From Propionibacteriaceae bacterium (GTDB lineage Bacteria; Actinomycetota; Actinomycetes; Propionibacteriales; Propionibacteriaceae), in contig JAIRQE010000026.1 in NCBI GenBank assembly GCA_031256725.1, forward strand, positions 30,001-62,000: a stretch of DNA of 32,000 bases. Direction: 5' to 3'. Positions 8,783-16,642 of this stretch are shown here, in pieces. The stretch's first letter is position 1. Each line of letters opens with the position of its first letter. The position numbers and the translations under genes were made by a program. The notes below the pieces were generated by a model. The model saw only the letters and a program-made list of their open reading frames with translations, had not been told where the DNA came from and did not search any database.

Positions 8783-9964
8783 ATGAACGCTCATCCTCAT
8801 GCTGGTCATCCAGGAGGTCATCCGGGTGGAGGACACCCTGGAGGTCATCCGGGAGCTATTGGTTCTGTGAAGCCGGAGAACTGGGTTTATGGTCGCGCCC
8901 CGATGATCGTCTACTGGGAGTTGACGAATGCGTGTGCGCTGGCGTGTCGACATTGTCGTGCGACTGCTCAACCCGATCCTGGTCCCAATGAGTTGACGAC
9001 CGCCCAAGCGATTGCAGTCTTGGATCAGGTCTTGGAGTTCGGGGAACCCACACCACATGTGACGATGACCGGTGGGGACCCACTGAAGAGACCAGACCTT
9101 ATCGAACTATTGGATGCGGCTGCTGAGCGTGGACTGGGTGTGTCATTGGCTCCTGCGGTGACCCCATTGTTGACGAAGGAGAAGCTCACCGAGGTGAAGG
9201 CTCATGGTGTTCAAGCGATTTCTTTGTCACTTGATGGGATCAATGCTGAGTCCCATGATGGGCTTCGTGGAGTGCCTGGTACTTTCCAGGGAACCATGGA
9301 TGCCCTCGACATTGCTGCCGAGGTTGGTTTGGCCGTACAGGTCAACACATTGGTCTGCGAAAACAATGCCGATGAGATCCGTGACATCTATGAACTGTTG
9401 AAGACGAAGACCCTTATGAGGTGGTCGCTGTTCTTCTTGATCTCTGTGGGTCGTGGCGCTGAGTTGACTGAGATCAGCCCTGGTGCAGGGGAACGCCTGA
9501 TGATCGATCTGATGGCCTTTAACCGCGAGGCACCCTTCCAGGTTCGTACCACCGAAGCCATGAGCTACCGCCGTGTCGCAGCCCAGGCACTCGCCAAGCG
9601 CGGAATGACCCCTGAAGAGATTGAGGCCTCCAAGATCGCGATGTCTTTCGGTATCCGTGACGGTAATGGTGTGGTCTTTATTTCCCATGATGGCGACATT
9701 ACTCCGTCGGGTTTCCTGCCTGTACCTCTCGGAAATGTGAAGACTGACCGGTTGGCGAAGGTCTATCAGGAGCATCCCACGATGTTGGATCTGCGTGATC
9801 CGTTGAAGTTCAAGGGCCGTTGTGGTCGCTGTGACTTTCAATTGTGGTGTGGAGGATCACGAGCGAGAGCTTGGGCGTGGACCCAGGATCTTCTCGAAAC
9901 TGATCCGCTATGTCCCTATGTACCTTCCGCGGATGCCATTCCACAAGCACAGGTATCGCGTTGA
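8783..9964 (+). CDS. radical SAM/SPASM-domain enzyme with an N-terminal His-Pro-Gly-Gly repeat; AhbD-like candidate for the terminal heme step
   Basis: CxxxCxxC cluster motif (C51-ALA-C55-RH-C58). C-terminal Cys-rich SPASM-type segment (GRCGRCDFQLWCGG...DPLCPY). N-terminus is HPHAGHPGGHPGGGHPGGHPG. The gene is embedded between hemE and hemY. The rSAM call is secure. The function is inferred. Confidence 0.85.
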   Translation: MNAHPHAGHPGGHPGGGHPGGHPGAIGSVKPENWVYGRAPMIVYWELTNACALACRHCRATAQPDPGPNELTTAQAIAVLDQVLEFGEPTPHVTMTGGDPLKRPDLIELLDAAAERGLGVSLAPAVTPLLTKEKLTEVKAHGVQAISLSLDGINAESHDGLRGVPGTFQGTMDALDIAAEVGLAVQVNTLVCENNADEIRDIYELLKTKTLMRWSLFFLISVGRGAELTEISPGAGERLMIDLMAFNREAPFQVRTTEAMSYRRVAAQALAKRGMTPEEIEASKIAMSFGIRDGNGVVFISHDGDITPSGFLPVPLGNVKTDRLAKVYQEHPTMLDLRDPLKFKGRCGRCDFQLWCGGSRARAWAWTQDLLETDPLCPYVPSADAIPQAQVSR

Positions 9965-11319
9965 AACTGCTTGTCATTGGGGGAGGGCTCACAGGCCTAG
10001 CAGGTGCCTATGAGGCGGTTCGTCTAGGCGCTGAAGTGACCCTCATCGAAGGATCGTCCCGCCTTGGCGGCAAGGTGTGGACGGAGTACACAGACAACCT
10101 CGTCATCGAACATGGTCCCGATTCGGTGGTTTCCTATCGACCTGAGGCCTTGGGTCTTGCGCGTGAACTGGGGCTCGGCGACAAGATCGAAGAGGTGGCC
10201 TCCTCCCGAGTTGTGTACATGAGATCCGGCAACAAACTGCGTCCCCTTCCTGCGTCGATGGGAATCATCCTTCCTGCACGTCTGTGGCCTTTCGTGACCA
10301 CGGGGATACTCTCGATTCCTGACAAGCTGCGTGCCGGATTTGATCTCGTCTTGCCTCGAAAGTTAACTACGGGCGAGGATATCTCCATCGGGGAGTTCCT
10401 GAAATATCGCCTTGGTCCCGCGATGGTACGCAAGTTCGCTGACCCTCTTGTTGGGGGCATCTATGGGGCAAGTGTTGATGATTTGAGCCTGGATGCTGTA
10501 CTTCCGAGCCTTCGTCACAATGAAGAGAAACACAGGGCATTGCTCTTGGCCGCCCGAGCTGGACGTCCACGCGGACCCCAGAAGAAGGGTGCCAGCCCAT
10601 TTCGCTCCCTCCAAGGGGGAATGGGTACACTCATTGATGCTGTCGCTGGGGCCACGCGATCTTCGGGGGTCACGATCATCACGGGCGAGATGGTGGAGGC
10701 TTCCATTCTGGATTCGCACGAGTACGACGCTGTACTCCTGGCTGGGGGAGTTGGATCTTCGGCGAAGCTCCTCGCCGATCGGGTACCTGAGGCAGCTACT
10801 ATTTTGGGTCAGATTCCCATGAGCAGTTCCACCGTGGTGACCTTGGCCTATACCGAAGACCAGATTGGTACTGGAGCTGCCGCCCACGGATGGTTGGAGG
10901 CCCAAGCAGCCCCCGTGAGTGGGATCACGGTATCCACAGCCAAATGGGCTGAACGCGCTCCTGAGGGTCAGGTACTCCTGCGGGCCTTCGTACCTGCACG
11001 TCTGGGGGCCATCGCCAGTGCCCCTGATGACGAGTTGCTCACTGCGATCAAGACCCACCTAGCTCAGATTATGGGGGTACGAGGTGAGCCCTGGTTGACG
11101 AGGATCACCCGCTGGGCTGGTGTGATGCCAAGCTACACTGTCGGACACCTGACTCGGGTTGCCGCCATCGAGAAGGCCTTGGAATCTACCCCCTGGAGGA
11201 TCGCTGGTTCCGCCCTTCACGGTGTGGGTCTTCCTGATTGCATCGGTTCTGCGAAGAGAGCAGTAGGTGCATTGCTTGGGGTTGATTCTGTCGTTAGTTC
11301 GGGGGACTCTCGTGTATGA
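9961..11319 (+). CDS. hemY: FAD-dependent coproporphyrinogen/protoporphyrinogen oxidase (HemY/CgoX type)
   Basis: FAD-binding N-terminus LLVIGGGLTGLAGAYEA...EGSSRLGGK. I place the start at TTG 9961, overlapping the rSAM stop as GTTGA, rather than at ORF-track position 9910. Confidence 0.85.
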   Translation: MKLLVIGGGLTGLAGAYEAVRLGAEVTLIEGSSRLGGKVWTEYTDNLVIEHGPDSVVSYRPEALGLARELGLGDKIEEVASSRVVYMRSGNKLRPLPASMGIILPARLWPFVTTGILSIPDKLRAGFDLVLPRKLTTGEDISIGEFLKYRLGPAMVRKFADPLVGGIYGASVDDLSLDAVLPSLRHNEEKHRALLLAARAGRPRGPQKKGASPFRSLQGGMGTLIDAVAGATRSSGVTIITGEMVEASILDSHEYDAVLLAGGVGSSAKLLADRVPEAATILGQIPMSSSTVVTLAYTEDQIGTGAAAHGWLEAQAAPVSGITVSTAKWAERAPEGQVLLRAFVPARLGAIASAPDDELLTAIKTHLAQIMGVRGEPWLTRITRWAGVMPSYTVGHLTRVAAIEKALESTPWRIAGSALHGVGLPDCIGSAKRAVGALLGVDSVVSSGDSRV

Positions 11320-11338
11320 CCTCGTGTATGGCAGTGTT

Positions 11339-11461
11339 CAGGGTGAGACGTGGCTTGCCGGGACATTCACGCCGGGGTCCTCTCGGACCCCGTCTGCACT
11401 AAGACGACGCGATAGCGCTACGCTTTTCGCTTTTATTCCCGACAAACCACGTCTCACCCTG
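11339..11461. repeat. 123-bp hairpin/MITE-like insert in the hemY-hemH spacer
   Basis: Perfect 15-bp inverted repeat CAGGGTGAGACGTGG (11339-11353) / CCACGTCTCACCCTG (11447-11461). It extends to 24 bp with 2 mismatches. An inner hairpin CGGGGTCC-tctc-GGACCCCG is present. Confidence 0.7.
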
Positions 11462-11571
11462 TCCACCCTCGTTTTCTTGCCTACCCCGTCATCCTGCGCG
11501 CAGCACAGGCTTCATCGCAGAATCCAGACACCATAGTTCCATTGCAGGATTCAGAAAAGGATAAACCCAAT

Positions 11572-12681
11572 ATGACCAACTTTGACGCTCTCATGGTGGT
11601 GGGCTTCGGTGGCCCAGAGTGCATGGATGATGTGATCCCATTCCTGGAGAGAGTCACTGCTGGTCGTGGAATCCCGAGGGAACGCCTTGCCGAAGTGGGA
11701 GAACACTACATTCACTTCGGAGGATATAGCCCTGTCAACGAGCAAAATCGCGGATTGACTGAGGCTCTTGCTGCACGGCTCAGGGCCAAGGGTTTTGATC
11801 TCCCAGTGGTCTTAGGTAACCGCAACTCACCGCCGTTTATCACTGATGTTCTGAGTGATCTCACAGATCAAGGTGCGAGGAAGGTACTCGCCCTCGCCAT
11901 TGCCTCCTTCTCGTGTTATTCCTCCTGTAGGCAGTACCGTGAGGATCTTGGGGTTGCCCTGGGAAATCTCGCAGATGGGAACGTGACCATAGCGAAACTC
12001 CCACCCTTCTGGGATATTCCAGGTCTGGAGGATGCCTATGTTGAGGCACTCACTGCGGCCCTTGCTGGTCTCGCGTGTGGATCCTGCGATGAAGCCAGTG
12101 CGCACAGTCGCAGAATCCAGACACCTGACTTAAGTAAAACTCGTGTCATGTTCGCGATCCATTCACTGCCCCTATCCATGGCGAGTACTGCCGGTGCGAA
12201 GGGCAATGCCTATGTGGATCAGCAGCGGGAACTCAGTGCGCGCGTACTAGCTCGGGCTTCAAACCAAGCAGGTTTGGACGAGGGGCCAACCTGGGAACTG
12301 GTCTACCAGTCCCGCAGTGGTCCACCGCATATTCCGTGGTTGGAGCCGGACATCTCTGATGCGATCACCACGGCCCACGAGCAGGGGGTCACGAATGTGA
12401 TCTGTGTGCCGATCAGCTTTCTGACTGACCATATGGAAGTCATCTGGGATCTCGACACCCAGGCCTTGGAGACTGCGACTGAGTTGGGGGTCGAGTTCAC
12501 CCGCGTACCAACCCCAGGAACGAACCCAGTCTTCCTCGACAGTTGGGCCGAGTGGGTTGCCTCCTTTCTGACAGGGGAGGTACGCCTACCCCGCGAGGGC
12601 GAGGACTGCTTTGGTACATGCTGCCCGGCCCCACCTATGGGTCCGCCGAAGCCCGTGGTAGATGGAGTCGTTCTCGCATGA
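11572..12681 (+). CDS. hemH: ferrochelatase (coproporphyrin ferrochelatase type)
   Basis: N-terminus DALMVVGFGGPE...PFLERVT, AIHSLP, and a C-terminal Cys cluster (CFGTCC) plus an internal CGSC, compatible with an Fe-S-containing actinobacterial form. ATG 11572 is preferred (AAGGA about 11 nt upstream). ORF-track TTG 11542 remains possible. Confidence 0.9.
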   Translation: MTNFDALMVVGFGGPECMDDVIPFLERVTAGRGIPRERLAEVGEHYIHFGGYSPVNEQNRGLTEALAARLRAKGFDLPVVLGNRNSPPFITDVLSDLTDQGARKVLALAIASFSCYSSCRQYREDLGVALGNLADGNVTIAKLPPFWDIPGLEDAYVEALTAALAGLACGSCDEASAHSRRIQTPDLSKTRVMFAIHSLPLSMASTAGAKGNAYVDQQRELSARVLARASNQAGLDEGPTWELVYQSRSGPPHIPWLEPDISDAITTAHEQGVTNVICVPISFLTDHMEVIWDLDTQALETATELGVEFTRVPTPGTNPVFLDSWAEWVASFLTGEVRLPREGEDCFGTCCPAPPMGPPKPVVDGVVLA

Positions 12682-13403
12682 CCTGGCGGGCCCTCGTTCA
12701 CACCCAACGAGATTCCTCACTAGCCGATGCTGTTGCCGCAGCCGGAGGGGTACTTGATGAGGTGGATCTGATTGATCGCCATCCACTTCCCGCCGAAGAA
12801 GTACGCGCGCGCCTCGACGGGATCGCCGACATTGAATGGGTGGTTGTCACCTCGCCCTACACTGTTCAAGCCCTCCAAGAATTGGGATTGGAATCGGTCT
12901 TGGCCTCAGGCAGGAACCTCGCTGCCGTCGGGCCTTCAACAGCAAAGGTACTCGCCGAGCTCAATTTTGTTGTCGACCTCGTTCCCTCTGGGGGATCCAG
13001 TGGCGCAGCTCTCGCTGCAGTGTTCCCTGCACCGCAGGACCATCCACACACTGTACTCATTCCAGGGGCAAAACAAACCGCTGGTACTCTCGAACCGGGG
13101 CTGAAGGCCAAAGGATGGCAGGTGTACTCAGTACCCGTCTATGAAACCCATGAAACTACAACCATTGATGAACAGATCGCAGAGAGTTGGAACTCGGGGG
13201 AATATTCAGTATTCGTGGCGACCTCACCTTCGACCGTACGTGCTGCTGCAGCGCTACTCGGGACGACGGTACCCACCCTCGCCATCGGTCCCTCGTCGTA
13301 TAAGGCTGCTATAGCTGCGGGGTTTCCGCGTGTACTCGAATCTGAGAGCCCAACTGCGGCAGATATGGTTGCCGCCATGACTCGAATCCTGCAAGAAAGG
13401 TAG
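12678..13403 (+). CDS. hemD: uroporphyrinogen-III synthase
   Basis: Two-lobed HemD-like pattern (WVVVTSPYTVQAL ... VFVATSPSTVRAA). Located between hemH and hemB. The start ATG overlaps the hemH stop (ATGA). The longer ORF from 12543 lies inside hemH. Confidence 0.78.
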   Translation: MTWRALVHTQRDSSLADAVAAAGGVLDEVDLIDRHPLPAEEVRARLDGIADIEWVVVTSPYTVQALQELGLESVLASGRNLAAVGPSTAKVLAELNFVVDLVPSGGSSGAALAAVFPAPQDHPHTVLIPGAKQTAGTLEPGLKAKGWQVYSVPVYETHETTTIDEQIAESWNSGEYSVFVATSPSTVRAAAALLGTTVPTLAIGPSSYKAAIAAGFPRVLESESPTAADMVAAMTRILQER

Positions 13404-13412
13404 GGTTGCTCC

Positions 13413-14387
13413 ATGAGTTTCTTTCATGCTCGCCCACGAAGGTTGCGTACGACTCCTGCGATGCGGCGAATGGTTGCTGAGACGAGAATCCATCCGGCAT
13501 CCCTTGTTTTGCCTGTCTTCGTTCAGGAGGGGATCGACACTCCTGTTGATATCGTGTCCATGCCAGGGGTGCAACGGCACAGTCTCGACTCCCTAGCCAA
13601 GGTCGCTAGTGATGCGGTCTCAGCCGGGTTGGGCGGGATCATGCTCTTCGGTGTACCGACTGAGGAGCACAAGGATCCCAGCGGTTCCTATGGCGTTGAT
13701 GAGAACGGAATACTGAACCAGGCTCTGAGAAGGGTCAGATCTGAGGTTGGGGATGAGATTGTTATCATGGCCGACACCTGTCTTGACGAGTTCACCACTC
13801 ACGGGCACTGCGGGGTACTAGATTCCGAAGGAAGAGTCGACAACGATAAGACAGTCCAGATCTATACAAATATGGCTGTTGCCCAAGCCCAGGCGGGGGC
13901 CCATATGGTGTGTCCCTCCGGAATGATGGACGATCAGGTGGAGTCGATCCGTTTCGCGTTGGAGTTGGATTTCCATGATGTGGGGATACTCGCCTATTCG
14001 GCAAAGTATGCGTCGGCTTTTTATGGTCCCTTCCGAGATGCAGTGGCCTGTTCTCTGACTGGGGACCGCCGTACCTATCAAATGGATCCAGCAAACCGCC
14101 GCGAAGGCTCCTATGAAGCTGAAATTGATATTTCCCAGGATGCAGACATGGTGATGGTCAAACCTGCGGGGTACTACTTGGACGTCCTCTCCGATGTGGC
14201 CAGGCTGAGTCCTGTACCTGTGGCTGCTTATCAGGTCTCGGGGGAATACTCCATGATTCAAGCGGCTGGGCAACGCGGTTGGATTGATGCTGAGAATGCG
14301 TTGAGGGAGTCGGTACTGTGTATCCTCAGAGCAGGCGCTGACGTGGTGTTGACATATGGAGCAATGGAATTGGCAGGAGAGAAATGA
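13413..14387 (+). CDS. hemB: porphobilinogen synthase (delta-aminolevulinate dehydratase)
   Basis: RPRRLR...MRRMVAET N-terminus, metal-site segment [14 protein letters not shown], and Schiff-base lysine region MVMVKPA. Confidence 0.95.
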   Translation: MSFFHARPRRLRTTPAMRRMVAETRIHPASLVLPVFVQEGIDTPVDIVSMPGVQRHSLDSLAKVASDAVSAGLGGIMLFGVPTEEHKDPSGSYGVDENGILNQALRRVRSEVGDEIVIMADTCLDEFTTHGHCGVLDSEGRVDNDKTVQIYTNMAVAQAQAGAHMVCPSGMMDDQVESIRFALELDFHDVGILAYSAKYASAFYGPFRDAVACSLTGDRRTYQMDPANRREGSYEAEIDISQDADMVMVKPAGYYLDVLSDVARLSPVPVAAYQVSGEYSMIQAAGQRGWIDAENALRESVLCILRAGADVVLTYGAMELAGEK

Positions 14388-15679
14388 GCGAGGTTTTTGA
14401 GGCTGCACGCAAGGTAATGCCTGGAGGGGTATCCTCCCCGGTGAGGGCCTTCGGGTCTGTGGGTGGTTCTCCAGTGTTTGTGAAGAGCGCGAAGGGTGCT
14501 TATGTCACCGGAGTCGACGACCGTGAGTATCTGGACCTTGTTGGGTCCTGGGGTCCTGCATTGTTGGGTCACGCTCACCCTGAGGTTGTCGAAGCGGTAC
14601 GTCAGGCCGCCGGTCGAGGACTATCCTTCGGGGCTCCCACAACTGGTGAAACCGAGTTGGCCGAACTTATCATTGGTCGCGTTGGCGGGATTGAGAAGGC
14701 ACGCTTCACCTCCACCGGTACAGAGGCCACCATGACGGCTATCCGCTTGGCAAGGGGTTTCACCGGCCGTGAACTCATCATCAAATTTGCTGGTTGTTAC
14801 CACGGGCACTCTGATGGGTTGCTGGCTGAGGCTGGGTCCGGGGTTGCCACTGCTGGGCTTCCTGGGTCTGCTGGAGTCACCAAGGCTGCCGCTGGTGACA
14901 CCATCGTACTTCCCTATAATGACCTGGATGCTGTCAAGGAGGTCTTTGCTTCTCGTGGGTCCGAGATTGCTGCCATCATCACTGAGGCTGCTGCTGCGAA
15001 CATGGGGGTCGTACCACCCAACCCAGGATTCAACCAAGGTCTGCTTCGGATCGCCAAGGAACATGGTGCTCTGTTGATACAGGATGAGGTGTTGACTGGG
15101 TTTCGGGTCTCCGATGCCGGATACTGGGGCTTGGAGGGTCGTCGCGACGGATGGACCCCAGACATCTATTGTTTCGGCAAGGTCGCAGGTGGAGGAATGC
15201 CTTTAGCGGCACTCGCCGGTCGTACTGAGATCATGGACAAGTTAGCCCCCTTGGGTCCGGTGTACCAAGCTGGTACCCTCTCTGGAAATCCGCTCGCTGT
15301 TGCCGCCGGAAAAGCGACACTGACCCTGGCTGACGCAAAGGTGTACGCCCGTATCGATGCGATGGCCGACAAACTGGCCGGGATCCTAACCGGGAGACTG
15401 ACCGAAGCCGGAATCCCGCACCGACTTCAAAGAGTAGGATCACTGATGAGTGTCTTCTGGGGTGAGGGCCCGGCTCAAGCACCTGTCATAAACTACGCCG
15501 AAGCCCAGAAACAGGATACCTCAATCTTCACACGATTCTTCCACTCCATGCTCGACCAGGGTGTACTCCTACCCCCATCAGCTTTCGAGGCATGGTTCCT
15601 GTCCGCCGCCCATGGTGAGAGTGAACTAGATCGCCTAGACGTGGCTATCCAGAAGGCAACCCAAGCTATCTCAAGCTAA
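14384..15679 (+). CDS. hemL: glutamate-1-semialdehyde 2,1-aminomutase
   Basis: Class-III aminotransferase pattern ([24 protein letters not shown]-lysine segment [11 protein letters not shown]). ATGA overlap with the hemB stop. Confidence 0.95.
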   Translation: MSEVFEAARKVMPGGVSSPVRAFGSVGGSPVFVKSAKGAYVTGVDDREYLDLVGSWGPALLGHAHPEVVEAVRQAAGRGLSFGAPTTGETELAELIIGRVGGIEKARFTSTGTEATMTAIRLARGFTGRELIIKFAGCYHGHSDGLLAEAGSGVATAGLPGSAGVTKAAAGDTIVLPYNDLDAVKEVFASRGSEIAAIITEAAAANMGVVPPNPGFNQGLLRIAKEHGALLIQDEVLTGFRVSDAGYWGLEGRRDGWTPDIYCFGKVAGGGMPLAALAGRTEIMDKLAPLGPVYQAGTLSGNPLAVAAGKATLTLADAKVYARIDAMADKLAGILTGRLTEAGIPHRLQRVGSLMSVFWGEGPAQAPVINYAEAQKQDTSIFTRFFHSMLDQGVLLPPSAFEAWFLSAAHGESELDRLDVAIQKATQAISS

Positions 15680-16367
15680 AGCGCAAAGCCTATTGAAGAA
15701 AAGGCCCCGGAGCCAGGAGTCGCATTGGGTTCCCACTCGTAGTTTCAAGGTTGGACAGGATAAGTTCCTTGTGCTTTTTAAGAGCGACGACAGGACCCTT
15801 TATACGAGCGGTACTCTGTAATGCCTCCTGGAATCTGGGGTTGGGTTGAGCCTAGAGATAAGATCATCATTATTCAAGTAATGTCTTGATGAGATGGAGC
15901 ATAGTTGAGCAGGGATTCAAGTGGCTGATATCGTGACAAACCTTCTTCGTATTGACTGTCTCTGGGTCAACGATTCTCTCTTCCTGCGAGTTGTTGACCT
16001 CAATTTTTAAGAACAGCCAACCCTCCCTCGCTGACCGCTATCTTATTGAGTGCACTGTCTCCACCGCCGCCACTCCACTGTGGAGCTTCGATAAGAGTCG
16101 CGCTCGCAAGCATGAACATGCCTGTCCTGTTCCCTAGGTTGTCGGCTAGATTTTTAGTAGCGATGGCGGTTTGAGTTTGTCGTTGCCGAAGTCTCGGTCG
16201 AGGGCTTGGTGCCATAGAGTCGAAGCATCTTATCTTCCAGCAGTTCATGAGCCCGATCATAGGGGTCAATGATGATTCTTAGAAGCTTGTTTTTGGGTCC
16301 TTGGGAACTGTTCGACTCTGGGTTGCAGTTTGAACGCAGGCTCTTTTGGGGATGTTGATGCTTTGAG

Positions 16368-16446
16368 TTCCCCGGGTAGGAGTCGAACCTACTTCGCTAA
16401 TCCTGATTCAAAGTCAGGCGGGCCCTGCCGGAAGACCAACCGGGGA
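16368..16446 (-). tRNA. tRNA-Gln (anticodon UUG) with an atypically long variable region
   Basis: Hand fold: acceptor UCCCCGG/CCGGGGA, anticodon arm CCUGA-CUUUGAA-UCAGG, T arm GUAGG-UUCGACU-CCUAC, discriminator A. Length is 79 nt without CCA, because about 5 extra nt (AUUAG) follow the anticodon stem. Confidence 0.75.
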
Positions 16447-16642
16447 ATGTGCGTCATCTAGTGTATCCCTGAGTTGGCCCTCTTGGCATCTTGAGTGCTC
16501 AGGAGTGGCCGAAATCTGACTTCCGGGGGTCAAAGGGCTAGGATGTACCGTACTAAATGTTTCAGGTATCCACCGGGTGGTTATGTGGCTGACCACGGGA
16601 AAAGGGATCGGTGGTTGTGATCGGTGAACTCGGAAGTACGGT

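Noticed and set aside
9910-9960. Upstream extension of hemY (ORF-track start 9910), and similarly 12543 for hemD and 11542 for hemH
   Set aside because: The extensions overlap the preceding gene by 55-139 nt and add non-homologous residues. Starts at 9961 (GTTGA overlap), 12678 (ATGA overlap) and 11572 (SD-preceded ATG) fit family N-termini and the operon's coupling pattern.
11267-11536. 89-aa ORF spanning the hemY-hemH spacer
   Set aside because: It begins inside hemY out of frame and runs through the hairpin/repeat element. Its Arg/Ser/Pro/Thr-rich sequence has no motif. The DNA-level repeats explain the region better.
7535-14408. Long antisense ORFs inside heme genes (7535..8068-, 9227..9841-, 10363..11058-, 13818..14408-)
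   Set aside because: Each is opposite a gene with clear family motifs. No start context or recognisable domain is present. They are shadow ORFs of GC-skewed codon usage.
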